Source: Chiloscyllium plagiosum (lineage: Eukaryota). Taken from it: a DNA stretch of 54,667 nt. The stretch covers positions 7,550,443-7,605,109 of the forward strand of contig NC_057756.1 of assembly GCF_004010195.1 (NCBI RefSeq). The letters run 5' to 3'. The position numbers were made by a program, and so were the translations under genes. Shown piece by piece: positions 1-11,114 of the stretch. Position 1 is the stretch's first letter; the number at the start of each line of letters is the position of its first letter. The notes beneath the pieces are model-generated. The model made no database searches. It was given only the letters and a program-made list of their open reading frames with translations, and had not been told where the DNA came from.

Positions 1-630
1 ACACACTGGACAAAAACTGATCCATCTATAGTACTCGTACTATAGTGTTCCCAGCAAAGAGGTGCTTCTGCAGCTGTACAGGGCCCTGGTGAGACCACAC
101 CTGGAGTAGTGTGTGCAGTTCTGGTCTCCAAATTTGAGAAGACATTCTGGCTATTGAGGGAGTGCAGCATAGGTTCACGAGATCAATTCCTGGAATGGCA
201 GGATTACCTTACACTGAAAGACTAAAGTGACTAGGCTTGTATACCCTTGAGTTTCGAAGATTGAGAGGGGATCTGATTGAGACGGATAAGATTATGAAAG
301 GATTGGACACTCTGGCAGTAGGAAACATATTTCCACTGAACCAGAGGACACGAACCAGAGGACACCTCAGGAAAACCTCTTCACCCAGAGAGTGGTGGCT
401 GTTTGGAATGCTCTGCCCCAGAGGGCAGTGGAGGCCCACTCTCTGGATTCATTTAAGAAAGAGTTGGATAGAGCTCTCAAAGATAGTAGAATCAAGGGTT
501 ATGGAGATAAGGCAGGAACAGGATACTGATTATGAATGATCAGTCATGATTATATTGAATAGCGGTTCAGGCTTGAAGGGCTGAATGGCCTACTCCTGCA
601 CCTATTGTCTATTGTCTATTGTCTATTGTC
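1..630 (+). mobile_element. CR1-clade LINE, degenerate 3' end (RT C-terminus, 3' UTR, (CTATTGT)n tail)
   Basis: ORF 237-539 contains EFRRLRGDLIETDKIMKGLD, typical of the CR1 ORF2 C-terminus; ends in about 4 CTATTGT units at 602-629. Confidence 0.85.
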
Positions 631-1129
631 AGTTCTGGTCGTCTCATCATAGGAAAGATCTGGAAGCTTTCGAGAGGGTGCAGAGGAGATTTATTAGGAT
701 GCTGCCTGGACTACAGGGTATGTCTTATGAAAAAAGGTTATGGCAGCTCGGGCTTTTCTCATTGGATTGAAGAAGATTGAGAGGTGCACAGGATGTGGAG
801 AAGCAGTGGATAGGCAGAGACCATCTCCCATGGCAGAAACGTCTATCATAATGAGGCATAATTTTAAGGTATTTGAAGGAATGTTTAGGGCAGATATTAG
901 AGGTCAGTTCTTTACACAGAAAGTGGTGGGTGTGTGGAATGCATTGCCAGCAGTAGTAGTGGAATCAGATACATGAGGGACATTTAAGCAATTCTTGGAT
1001 AGGCATATGGGACATTGTACAATGAAGTGTATGGAGGTTAGTCAGATCTTAGAGCAGGATGAAAGGCTGGCACAACATTAAGCGCCCAAGGGCCTGTACT
1101 GTGCTGGATTGTTCTGTGTTCTATGTTCT
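631..1129 (+). mobile_element. CR1/HER1-like LINE 3' end
   Basis: FWS..RKDLEAFERVQRRFIRMLPGL and FFTQKVVGVWNALP peptides; TGTTCT(A/G)-type tail; homologous to about 36890-37350. Confidence 0.85.
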
Positions 1130-2500
1130 CAGCTGAAGCCCAACGGAAACTCAAACAGGCACTACAACTGGAAAATGTGGAAAGTGGACCATTGAGTTTC
1201 AGGGTATGCTGACAAAAGTGGACACCCTCACCAAGCTGACTGAGCTTGGGGAACACCACTTGAGTGAAGGTATTTGCATAGCCTCACTCAGGAGATATCC
1301 TGAAAAGAAGGACTTCTGGTCAGCCCACAGCAAAATCCTGAAAATATGCCTAGTCTGCCAAATTTTCTGAACAATCCAAGCCAGCAGGCCATTGTAGTTG
1401 CAGCTGGTGTGCAAACTTGAGATAGTAAAAGATTCCCGCTCTGCCTAAATTAAATAAGAGAGCTCACGCGCCGGTATCCAGGACCGTGCACACCCTGGAA
1501 AGCCCACAGGCAGCTGGTTTTGAACAGTCAAACTGACTTGCACAACCAAACCATAACCAAATAAAATAAATGGTGGGCTAAATGGACGCAAGTTCTAATG
1601 GAGGTTGAGACTAATGCGTTATTTTCAGTGGTTGCGGAAGCAGTCTTGAAAAAAATTCACTCTGGATTCGAATCATTATCATAAGAACTTGGCCAGACTG
1701 TGAGCCTATGCTGGGAAACCTTTACAGATGAAGGGGACAACTTCAGTTAAGGTCTGTTATGAGAAGCAGGTGGTTCAGGTAAAACTGGTTGGTAAAAGTA
1801 TAGGGTCCAAGCCTGATGGGGTGAAATTGAGAAATTTTCAACTGAATTGACTCAACATTTTTCGACTGGAAAATGGCTGGCAGAGTGAAGTCTTTATTAA
1901 ATACCCAGAAGGTTTTCAGGAAAGTCGAGGGACTATCAAACGGGCATAGGTCACGTTACAAGTTGACCAAGAAGCAATGCCATAATTCTGCAAGTCCCAC
2001 CCTGTGCCATTTGCCTTACGGGAAAAGGAGAGGTAGAAATCAGGAGGTTGGAAGGGGAAGGAAGATTGAACCAGTACAGCTTGCAGAGTGGGCAGCACTG
2101 GACCTACTGATTGTGAAGCCCGAAGGATGGTTTTGTGTTTGGGGGGTTTCGAGCAAATGGAAAACTGCTTTTCACAGCTGGCTGAATACCAGGCTTATGT
2201 TCAAAATTGGCAAGAAGGAGTTCCTTCACGAATTTGGATGAGCCATGTGTACAAGCAGTTAGATGATGAATCTCAGGAGTATGCTATAGTTAATGCCCAT
2301 AAGGGTTTGTACTAATATACAGGACTAACATCAGCCTGTACTGTTTTCCAATGAACAAGGGGGAGCATTTTACAAGATGTACCCTAGACCACCATTTATC
2401 TAGGTAATGTGCCAAGAACTAGGAAAACCAATAAAGTGCACCTGGAGAACTTGGAAACAATGCTTAAGCATTTCTCCACAGTGGGTGTACATTTTTGGTA
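1130..2500 (+). mobile_element. Degenerate Ty3/Gypsy LTR-retrotransposon gag-pol remnant
   Basis: Frameshifted RT motifs IEPVQLAEWAA..IVKPEG and QLDDESQEYAIVNAHKGLY; homologs at about 16905 and 37365. Confidence 0.75.
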
Positions 2501-2890
2501 GGAAGTAATCCGCATAAACAACATCCATTGACTTATCTCTGTCTACTACTTTGTCACCTCTTAAAATGAGCTTTGCCAGGCATGACCTACCCTCCATGAA
2601 TCCATGCTGACTCTCTGATTAGCTGACTTTTTTTGATAGATTGTTACCCTGTCCTTTATTACATATTTTAACAATGTCCCCATCACAGATGTAAGGCTAC
2701 CTCATTTGAAATTCCTTGGTTTCCCTCTGTCTCCCTTCTCAAAGAGCGAAGCGACATGAGCAAGTTTGCAAATCCAGAGTACAACTCCTAAATCCAGAGA
2801 ATTCTGAAAGATTATGGTGAGGGCATTGGCAACGCGCACAGATGGAGGCCATCAGGTCCTGGGGGTTTGTCACTCTTCAATTCCATTCAT
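2501..2890 (-). mobile_element. CR1 LINE RT fragment
   Basis: Minus ORF GRSCLAKL..KVVDRDKSMDVVY; same junction at 17484 and about 38170. Confidence 0.7.
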
Positions 2891-2892
2891 TT

Positions 2893-3087
2893 CATAGAAG
2901 ATCATAGAATCTCTCCAGTGTGGAAACAGGCCTTTCCGCTCAACAGGTATACACTGACCTTCTGAAGAGTACCTGACAAAGACTCACTCCCCCACCCTTT
3001 TACTCTGCATTTACCCTTGATTAATGCACCTAACCTACACATCACTGAATATTATGGGCCATTTAGTGTGGCCAATTCACTGAACCA
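2893..3087 (-). mobile_element. HE1-like SINE, 3' part
   Basis: cagtgtggaaacaggcc...gtgtggccaattcac matches the reverse complement of the HE1 3' half; fuller homolog at 17893-18232. Confidence 0.65.
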
Positions 3088-3121
3088 GCGGAAAAAAACT
3101 TGACAGACAAAATGTAAAGTG

Positions 3122-3437
3122 CTGGAAATGTGTTGCTGGAAAAGCACAGCAGGTCAGGCAGCATCCAGGGAACAGGAGAATCGACGTTTCGGGCATAAGC
3201 CCTTCTTCAGGAATGGGGAAAGTTTGTCCAGCAGGCTAAGATAAAAGGTAGGGAGGAGGGACTTGGGGGAGGGGCGTCGGAAATGTGATAGGTGGAAAGA
3301 GGTCAAGGTGAGGGTGATAGGTCAGACTGGGGTGGGGGCGGAGAGGTAGGGAAGAAGATCTCAGGTTAGGAAGGCGGTGCTGAATTTGATGGATTTGACT
3401 GAGACAGGGTGGGGGAGGGGAAATGAGGAAACTGGTG
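3122..3437 (-). mobile_element. Penelope-like element terminal fragment with hammerhead motif, inserted in a CR1 remnant
   Basis: Same family as 6392 and 23052; absent at the homologous site near 20190; AGTG at both junctions. Confidence 0.6.
3179..3214 (-). ncRNA. Minimal type I hammerhead ribozyme motif
   Basis: Minus strand reads ATTC-CTGAAGA-A-GGGC TTAT GCCC-GAAAC-GTC-GATT; stem I has one mismatch. Confidence 0.6.
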
Positions 3438-3651
3438 AGTGGGCAAGTGTGAGGTTGCACATTTAGTCAGGAAGAATAGGTCAGTTGAAAATGATTTAAA
3501 AAGGAGCAAGATCAAATAAATCTTTAGGAGAGAGAAATGTGTGGGTCCTAGTGAATGAATAACAAAAATGTGTCAGAGATTCATTGAGTCATAGAGATAT
3601 CAAGCACACAAATAGACCCCTTGCTCCAAGCCGACCAGATATCCTAAATTT

Positions 3652-3790
3652 GGAGAAAATGAGGACTGCAGATTTGGAGATCAGAGTCAAGATGTTGCCC
3701 TGGAAAAGCACAGCCGGTCTGGCAGTATCCAAGGAGTAGGAGAATCAACGTTTTGGGAATAAGACTTCCATAATTCCTGATAATGTCATT
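3652..3790 (-). mobile_element. Older degenerate copy of the Penelope-like terminal repeat
   Basis: ggagaaaatgaggactgcagatttggagatcagagtc...; hammerhead core decayed; homolog at 20405-20545. Confidence 0.55.
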
Positions 3791-3954
3791 CATAATGACA
3801 AGTAACAAAATCTAACCTGAAATCTAGATGTTGAAAGAAACCTGACTGTGATAGGATGCATCAAGACCCCGCCATGATGAAATGAAATTCACGACCCGAG
3901 TAGCAAATGTTTCAATGCAACTTAGAAGGTGTCCGGTGGAGCGGGATCAACGCT

Positions 3955-4388
3955 TGGTAAGGCAACCGCTCTGCTCAAGACTCCAAGAAATCACAGACAG
4001 CTGCGAACACACCCAAAACCGTCATACAAACCAGGCTTCTTTTGAGCTGCAGGAAAGCAGCCAGCATCATTAAAGATCCCCCCACAAACCCAACCTCCCC
4101 CACCGAACCACCACCCTACTACCCCGGTGATACTCTCTTCGTCGTCTTCTTCCATCTGGCAAAAGATACAACAGTTTAGACACGCATTAAGGGATTCAAG
4201 AACAGCTTCTTCCCTGTTGTTATCAGGCGAATGAATGGACGTCTTATATTTTAGAATTGATCTTTCTCTGCACCTTCTTTGTAGCTGTAACACTAAATTC
4301 TGCAATTACCCTGATGTACTTATGTAAGGTATGATTTATCTGTATCTCGGTGCATGTGATGATATTAAATCAAATGAAATCAAATCCA
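3955..4388 (+). mobile_element. Rex1/Babar-like LINE 3' end
   Basis: Encodes remnants of KAASIIKDP..LPSG..NSFFP; AAATC-type tail; homolog at 21015. Confidence 0.7.
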
Positions 4389-4739
4389 ATGTAGTAGAAT
4401 AATGAACGGTCTGGACTTCAAATATTTCGAAGAAAGAATTGAATTTTTATCAACCTAAAGCGAATAAAGGATATCTGCAGAAAGCTGGGAGCAGGGTGCT
4501 GGTTTCTATGATCAGCCGTGATAATATAGAACGGGGACATAGGTTTGAAGAATCGAATGGCCTAACCCCACTCGTATATTCTATGTCTCTGTGCTTGATT
4601 GAAATGCCTCCATAGAAGGAGCAGCCCCTTGTTAGCTTGAGCTGCTGTATTACTTTGGTTGTGTAGCTTAGGTTGCTGGATCTGTCAAACACAAATATTG
4701 GTTTCAGTCTCAGTTGGAGTTTGGGATTCTGCATTGATT

Positions 4740-4995
4740 TATGAACCTGAGGGACAACTTGTTCATGAAAATGGTGATGTTTGTATGGAACGAGATGCCC
4801 GATGATGTGATGGAGACTGGTCCCATTGTAACACAGAAAAGGCATCTGGATGCGGAGATGAACAGGAAGTATTTCGAGGGATATGGCCAACCGTTGGCAA
4901 ATGAGACGAGGTCAGATTGGGAGGTCTGGTCAGCGTGGACGAGTTTGAGTGAAGGGACTGTTTTCGTGCTGTACAACTCTATGACTCTATGATTT
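4740..4995 (+). mobile_element. HER1/CR1 LINE 3' end
   Basis: LRDNLF..VWNEMP peptide followed by 3' UTR and (ACTCTATG)-type tail; present upstream of all three genes. Confidence 0.75.
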
Positions 4996-5164
4996 CTGCA
5001 ATTCATTTCTCACAGGGATTGGTCTACCAATGAGTCACTAAAGTTGTAAACCTTCTGATTGGCGTTTTCCTATGAAGTCACAGCTGAATAATTTGAATGC
5101 AACAGGGACTTAATATCTCAGTGGTGATATATTTTCCCAAATAGAACAATGATGCAGTTTTAAC

Positions 5165-5193
5165 ATTCCCTTAGGAATCGGAACGAGTATAAA
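5165..5193 (+). promoter_or_regulatory. Putative core promoter of GPCR copy 1: O/E (EBF)-like palindrome plus TATA box
   Basis: ATTCCCTTAGGAAT at 5165-5178 (1 mismatch to ATTCCCNNGGGAAT) and TATAAA at 5188-5193, about 80 nt upstream of the ATG; position conserved in the paralogs. Confidence 0.5.
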
Positions 5194-5274
5194 CTGGTTT
5201 CTGAACATAGTAATATTATGTTTAACTCGAAGCTTTTGGCTTCATCACCCAGTAACAGAACCTTCATACACAAA

Positions 5275-5341
5275 ATGTTGCAGTTGTTCACCATTGTTGA
5301 TAAAGTATATTACATCACTATTGCTGCTATTGGCGTCCCTG
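5275..5341 (+). CDS. GPR139/GPR142-like class A GPCR copy 1, coding exon 1 (MLQLFTIVDKVYYITIAAIGVP, phase 1)
   Basis: AAAATG start, G|gtaagt donor, conserved in all three units; splicing to 8428 restores the TM1 GVPVN motif. Confidence 0.9.
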
Positions 5342-5360
5342 GTAAGTTCTTGTTTTAATA

Positions 5361-5695
5361 TTCATTCATGAGCTGTGAACATTGCTGGCTATGCCAGCAT
5401 TGATGGCCCAGAGGGCAGTTTAAGAGTCAGCCACATTGCTATGGGTCTGGAGTCACATGTCAGCCAGACCAGGTCAGGATAGCAGTTTATTTCCCTAAAG
5501 GACATTAGTCAACCAGATGGATTTCACCACCAATCAACAATGGATTCATGGTTATCAGAAAACTCTTAATTCCAGACTTTTGTTTCCATTGACTTCAAAT
5601 TCTATCATTTGCCATGAGGATTCAAACCTGGGTCCCCAGTACATTCCGGGGGTCTCTGGATTAATAGTCCAGTGGTAACGACACTGGGCCATTCC
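5361..5695 (-). mobile_element. tRNA-derived SINE (family not named) in intron 1
   Basis: Minus strand has a B-box-like GGTTTGAATCC; its 3' end resembles the terminus of the minus-strand LINE at 14965; shared by all three introns. Confidence 0.6.
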
Positions 5696-5962
5696 CTTCC
5701 CTGAGCAGAACTTAGAAAGTTGCATCGATCTGTGCAGTGGAATACCATGCCACCATGCTTGTATTTTATTCGAAGTATTTGTCATTTGGGTTCACTGTGG
5801 GTGAGTTAGCACTGCCATCATCGCACATGCATTATCGCGGTTGTTGCAATGTTTGTTTTGGGCTCAATAACAAAAGAATCCCTCTGAGCTGTAGATTGCA
5901 GAGATCAGGGATTCCTAGAGTAAAACAGCACAGAAACACAGCCTTCAGACAAACCAGATATT

Positions 5963-6355
5963 AAGATGGTAGCAGGGTAAGATACTACAGTCGGAGCCAC
6001 TGTCTCTCCAGTTCCTTTTCCTTGTCCTTTCTTTCCTCTTCTCCCCTTTGCAGTATTTTTTCTTCAATCCTCTCCCCAAACCTTTAACCTACCCCTAACT
6101 GGGGAATGGAGATGAGTCACGACCGGAGACAGGGCAGAAGCTGAGCACAGGAGCTGTGCCCCACAGCAGCAGCAGAGTGAGAGGGGCCGAGACAGGGATT
6201 GAATCCCGGAGTGACGACAGCAGGGAAATCCCCTGCTTTTTTCACTTTATAACTTTTGTACTTGTATCAAGGTGGCACCATTATATGGCAACAATTGTGA
6301 ACACTTTCCACTGTACTCCTGTACTTCTGTACTGGAAGACAAGTGACAACAAAGG
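5963..6355 (+). repeat. Unclassified interspersed repeat in intron 1 (internally deleted copy)
   Basis: Homologous to 23573-24240 and 44770-45395; Rex1-like 3' end (ttccactgtac...gtgacaacaaa). Confidence 0.4.
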
Positions 6356-6391
6356 ATATTCATTAGGGATGGTTGCGTTGAATTGATTATG

Positions 6392-6612
6392 GAGGAGAAA
6401 GTGAGGTCTGCAGATGCTGGAGATCAAAGTTGAAACTTTATTGCTGGAACAGCACAGCAGGTCAGGCAGCATCCAGGGAACAGGAGATTCGACGTTTCGG
6501 GCACAGGCCCTTCTTCAGGAATGCAAGAATGGCCTGTGCCCGAAACGTCGAATCTCCTGTTCCCTGGATGCTGCCTGACCTGCTGTGCTGTTCCAGCAAT
6601 AAAGTTTCAACT
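6392..6612. mobile_element. Penelope-like element remnant in inverted (hairpin) arrangement with 14-bp TSD
   Basis: Perfect 86-bp inverted repeat at 6424-6509 and 6531-6616; TTGAATTGATTATG duplicated at 6378-6391 and 6613-6626; absent from the paralogous introns. Confidence 0.7.
6487..6522 (-). ncRNA. Minimal type I hammerhead ribozyme motif (intact)
   Basis: Minus strand reads ATTC-CTGAAGA-A-GGGC CTGT GCCC-GAAAC-GTC^GAAT: stem I ATTC/GAAT, stem II, palindromic ACGT stem III. Confidence 0.7.
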
Positions 6613-6844
6613 TTGAATTGATTATGTACAAGGAAGCCATTCCTTGCTTAACAAATCCAATTCCCCATTATTTTGTTGAACAATGACGGTTTTTCTTTTA
6701 AAGAATAGTTGAGAGGAAGAAGCTCTAATATTTCCTATTCCCAAGGAAGTGCATGAATGGAAAGTAGTGATAACAGTTAACTAACATATCACCAGTACTA
6801 AGTAGGTGTTTCAAGTCTTCAACAATCACAAATTATAGTGATTC

Positions 6845-7590
6845 GAAATGTAGTTCCAGAAATTGAGACAAATGTGAGGTGCTAACTTTCAGAAACGTGA
6901 ATCACAGCAGGACTTGTACACTTAATGGTAGGGACCTAGGGACTGGTGCCAAACAAAGAGACCCTGGAATGCAGGTTCATAGTTCCTTGAAAGTGGAATC
7001 ACAGGTAGGCAGGACACAAAGAAGGTGTTTAGTACACTTGACGTTATTGGGCAGCGCATTGACAATTGGACTTCAATGCCATGTTGTGGCTGTACATGAC
7101 ATTGGTTAGACCAAGTCTAGAAAACTGCCTTCAATTCTGGTCCCCCATTAAAGGAAAAATGCTGTTAAATTTGAAAGTGTGCAGAAAAGATTTACAAGAA
7201 TGTCATGGGGGATGGAAGGTCTGAGCAATAGGAGCAGGCTGCCCAGGCTGGGGCTGTGCTTCCTGAAGCATTGACGGCTGAGGGGCATGGATAGGCAAGT
7301 GAGTAAAAACATTGTTTTAAGTTGAGAGGAGAAAGATTTAAAAGCAGTCTAAATGGAAACTTCTTCATGCAGAGGGTGATACGCGTATGAAATGAAATGT
7401 CAGAAGACGTGGTGAAGGCTGGTACAATTGCAAGATTTAAAAGGTATTTGGGTAGGTATATGAATAAGAAGTGTTTAGAGGGATATTGGGTACATGCTGG
7501 CAAATAAGACTTGATTAATTTCGGATATCTGGTTAGCATGGAGGAGATGGAATGAAGGGACTGCTTCCGTCTTGTACACGACTATGACTT
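6845..7590 (+). mobile_element. HER1/CR1 LINE 3' portion in intron 1
   Basis: gacaaatgtgaggtg...RT C-terminus and 3' UTR; homologs at 24500-24970 and 45650-46410. Confidence 0.8.
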
Positions 7591-8427
7591 TAAGTGACTG
7601 AAAGTAATTGTTGAGTTGTTGAAGTGCAGCATAGACAGCTAGTTGTGTACACACAGAGAGCAAACCATTTGCAAGAACAAGTCCAAATATATAGTTTTTT
7701 ACATGAAAAATTCTTCATTTTGTCTCATCCTCTGTGAAACTGCTGGATCAATTGACAGATCCGTTTGGTTAGCTTGATGTTCGTCAATGGTTTCGTTTTT
7801 CAATGGATATACCCTTTCCATCATGTGTCCAATTCCCAACTCCAGGTCCACTTGTTGATAAGGTGTTGATTTCCTATTGTTGGTGCCGATGTTCACAAAT
7901 TCTTGGAACATTGTTTAAGAATGAATCTGTCCCATAATGCAGGATTACGGAATGCAATGTTGTCAAATCCATGATTCTGGGCACTATATTTTTATTATAG
8001 ATGCCATTCCATGTCAGCTTTCATTGTGACCATGTTAAAATGTGTCCTTACAATATTTAAGTCCATAGCTCCTTGGCTGGGAGAGCAGAAAGAAAATGGA
8101 CAGTTTGCGGCTCTGATCATGATTGGGTTTTTTTTTCATTAACAGAATGATGTCAATGAAGCCAATACAACTTGTTCAATCTGATTCTGTAAACAACAGT
8201 AAGGTATTCAACTGAACATTTTATGACAGCATAGATATTTTGCAGTACTTCATGTTCAATACCACACACCCTTTGTTCATTAGGTGCAGCTTTATATGGG
8301 ATGGAATTGGGATTAAAATTCATTTTACAGATTAATATTCTTCCTGACCACTCTAATGTCATCTCGACTCAAATAGAAGAATGTGCGATTACATTTTTTG
8401 AATTAATTTCAGTTCTTCCTTTTACAG

Positions 8428-9338
8428 TTAATGCAGTGGCAATTGTTATCCTGTCCCGAGGGAAATGTGGACTTTCTAAATGCACCACTCATTATCTGGT
8501 GGCCATGGCAACAGCGGATCTGATGGTGATCGTCACTGACGTTGTATTGTATCAGCTGGTTCATTACTTTTACCAGAGATCATTCCTACACCTCACACCT
8601 GCATGCATTGTGATTGGCTTTTTGCTTTTAGTGAGTTCAGACTGTTCTGTCTGGTTCACTGTCACGTTCTCTGCTGATCGGTTTATTACCATTTGTTGCC
8701 GGAAACTGAAACTGAAATATTGTACAGTGAAAACAGCAGCTGTTATTCTTTCAACAACCTGCACTCTTTTCTGTCTAAAAAACATTCCCATTTTCATTAC
8801 ACGGGAACCGGTAATTGTGATTGACAATGTATATTGGTCTTGTCAAATTAAGGCCAGCTACTACACTGAATTTGGGTGGATGGTTTATGACTGGTTTGAT
8901 AAGGTTTTAACACCATTACTCCCATTCAGTTTAGTTTTGCTCTTTAATGCTTTGACAGTCAGATACGTGTTAGTGGCGAATCAGATTCGTAAAGGATTGA
9001 GGAGTCAGAACACGGAAGAGAAGCGCAGTGATCCTGAGATGGAGAGCAGAAGGAAGTCAATGATTTTACTGTTCACCATATCGAGTAGCTTCGTATTGCT
9101 GTGGTCACCCTATGTAATAAATTTCTTATACTATCGAATTGCAGCAATTGATCCCAAATCTTACAATAACAGTTTGCTTGTATTTGAAAGAATAGGATAT
9201 ATGCTGCTGAGTTTGAGTTGCTGCACAAATACGTTTATTTATGGAGTAACTCAGTCGAAGTTCAGGGAACAGTTCATTAGCGCTGTAAAATACCCAGTGA
9301 CTGCGATAAACAGAGTCATTACTTTTAGAATGAATTGA
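8428..9338 (+). CDS. GPR139/GPR142-like class A GPCR copy 1, coding exon 2 (full protein 325 aa; probable G-protein coupled receptor 139-like)
   Basis: Pyrimidine tract and tttacag acceptor; rhodopsin-family motifs MATADL (TM2), DRF (TM3), LLWSP (TM6), TNTFIY (TM7), SKFR (helix 8), TM3/ECL2 cysteines. Confidence 0.93.
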
Positions 9339-10936
9339 TGGCAATCTATAAGACAGTAACGTATACAGCTGAGTGCATAATTGGGTCATAAACATTCACC
9401 AACTGGTTTGTATCAAAAATGCTAATTTGTATGAAAATATGAACAGGAGTGGAAGCTTCCCTTCGGTTGGCTGTGAATTTATTTTGGATTGCCATAATAT
9501 TGAGACAAGATTTTTAATCGTCACCTGAAATAAATGAAATGAATCATACGAGCAATGAATCATCGTTACAGCATCCACAGACATATAGTAAAATGCCCAA
9601 GCATTCGCCAGAAAGTTATGAATCAGAGAGACTGCATTCCAACAAATAGCAACAATTTTAACAACTGGGCTACTCGTTACTGTTGGGAGCGAATTGTAAA
9701 CGAGTTCACGCACATTTTGTCTGCCTAATTTCAGTTTTGTCTTGCAATAACCTTTCCTTTCATTTCATTTACCTCCGAAATGATGTTGTTATAGGACAGC
9801 TCCGATTGGACACAGACATCAGGATTGCTGGTTCATCTTTATTTCATTTCTCATTTCATGTGGTTGCTTTTCAGTGAAAGCAAGTGTGCAACTCTGCATA
9901 TTTGTCATTCGTAATGAAAAGGGGCATAATTAAAGGAAATGAAAATAATGATAAAAGTATCTGAGCTCTTCACATATAAAACAGTTTGGAAGTTTCCAAA
10001 GGGCATGGCAAACTATCATCCCATCTGTCTTTACATGGGGCGAATGAGAGAGTTCCATTCTGTTCATCATTAATTGCTATGACTTAGCTGCTTCTTTCAC
10101 TTCCTGTTAATGGGAGTTTGTTAGACTTTCCCTTGATTATTACATAACTGAATATTCTTATCATCAAAAGATCCTATCTGATTTATAATCAAAGATTTCT
10201 GGCCTTGAATTTTCACATGAATATACAATTACAGGAGGATAACATGTTTTTCTGGAGGAGAATATGTTCCAAAACCTACCCTCTTCCAGTCTCTGTAAAA
10301 TGCCCCAAACTTGGGTTTTCATTACACAACAAAATCTTTATACTTCAAAACCAAAAACAGGTCAAGGGTTGCCTTTGCTGATCATAAAACCCTCACAATA
10401 CAAATTATCTCATAATATTTCTCCAGTACCACCCCAATTATCTGCTTTCTGGCCCATGATGGTTTGAATTGTTGGCTCCAGAAAGATTAAGATATTACTT
10501 ATTACAACAAAGATTAAAACCAACATCTCACCAGTTCAAAAACTGAATGATAAAGTACATTACATTCTAGCAACATAAATTGCTTTCCTTATATCATACT
10601 CCAGATGTCAAATGATACCAGGTTATAGTCCAACAGGATTATTTGAAATCACACACAGTTGGAACACTGCTGCTTCAACAGGTGAAGTGTCGTGTGAATT
10701 CTGACTGTGCCCATTTCACTCCAATACCAGCACCTCCATCATTGATATTATTTCACTCACATTTTATTTTCGAAATTTCTGAGTTCTGAATATTCTGATA
10801 ATAGATCATTTTCTCATATTTTATTGGGTTTTTGATGCTATTTTATTGATTTGTTTGCTTTATGCATGTTACTTTTCAAATATGCTTCAAGATGATACAT
10901 TTGTCTCTCTGTCCGAAACTATACAATAAAAAAATG

Positions 10937-11114
10937 ACCCTCTGACTAGAAAGTTACAAACATAAGTTAAAGGTTTTCAGCAACAACTGAATCTGGAACA
11001 TTGGTGACTCCTCAAATGTTAAAGGTGTATGTCTCACAACTCTCGCTTTCTATCTCACTTTTGCGACTATGTTCAAGGTTGACTTTTGATTATCTATCAT
11101 GTTATTTCTGCATA
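10937..11114 (+). repeat. 178-bp dispersed direct duplication of 12174-12351
   Basis: Four mismatches by manual comparison; single copy in units 2 and 3. Confidence 0.9.

Noticed and set aside
3245..3420. G-rich tract with G-quadruplex potential
   Set aside because: Internal to the Penelope-like fragment; no locus-specific support
6424..6616. Hairpin as a miRNA gene or MITE
   Set aside because: Asymmetric insert with a 14-bp TSD and hammerhead core fits an inverted Penelope-like repeat; no data for a mature miRNA
8301..8427. N-terminal 42 aa of the 345-aa ORF (and the first 25 aa of ORF 25189)
   Set aside because: Intronic read-through upstream of the splice acceptor; not conserved in frame between copies; exon 1 supplies the real TM1 start
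8570..8827. Antisense ORF repeated at 25407-25664
   Set aside because: Shadow of the GPCR coding strand
9529..9534. AATAAA as the polyA signal of copy 1
   Set aside because: Not conserved at this position in copies 2 and 3; cannot be assigned without transcripts
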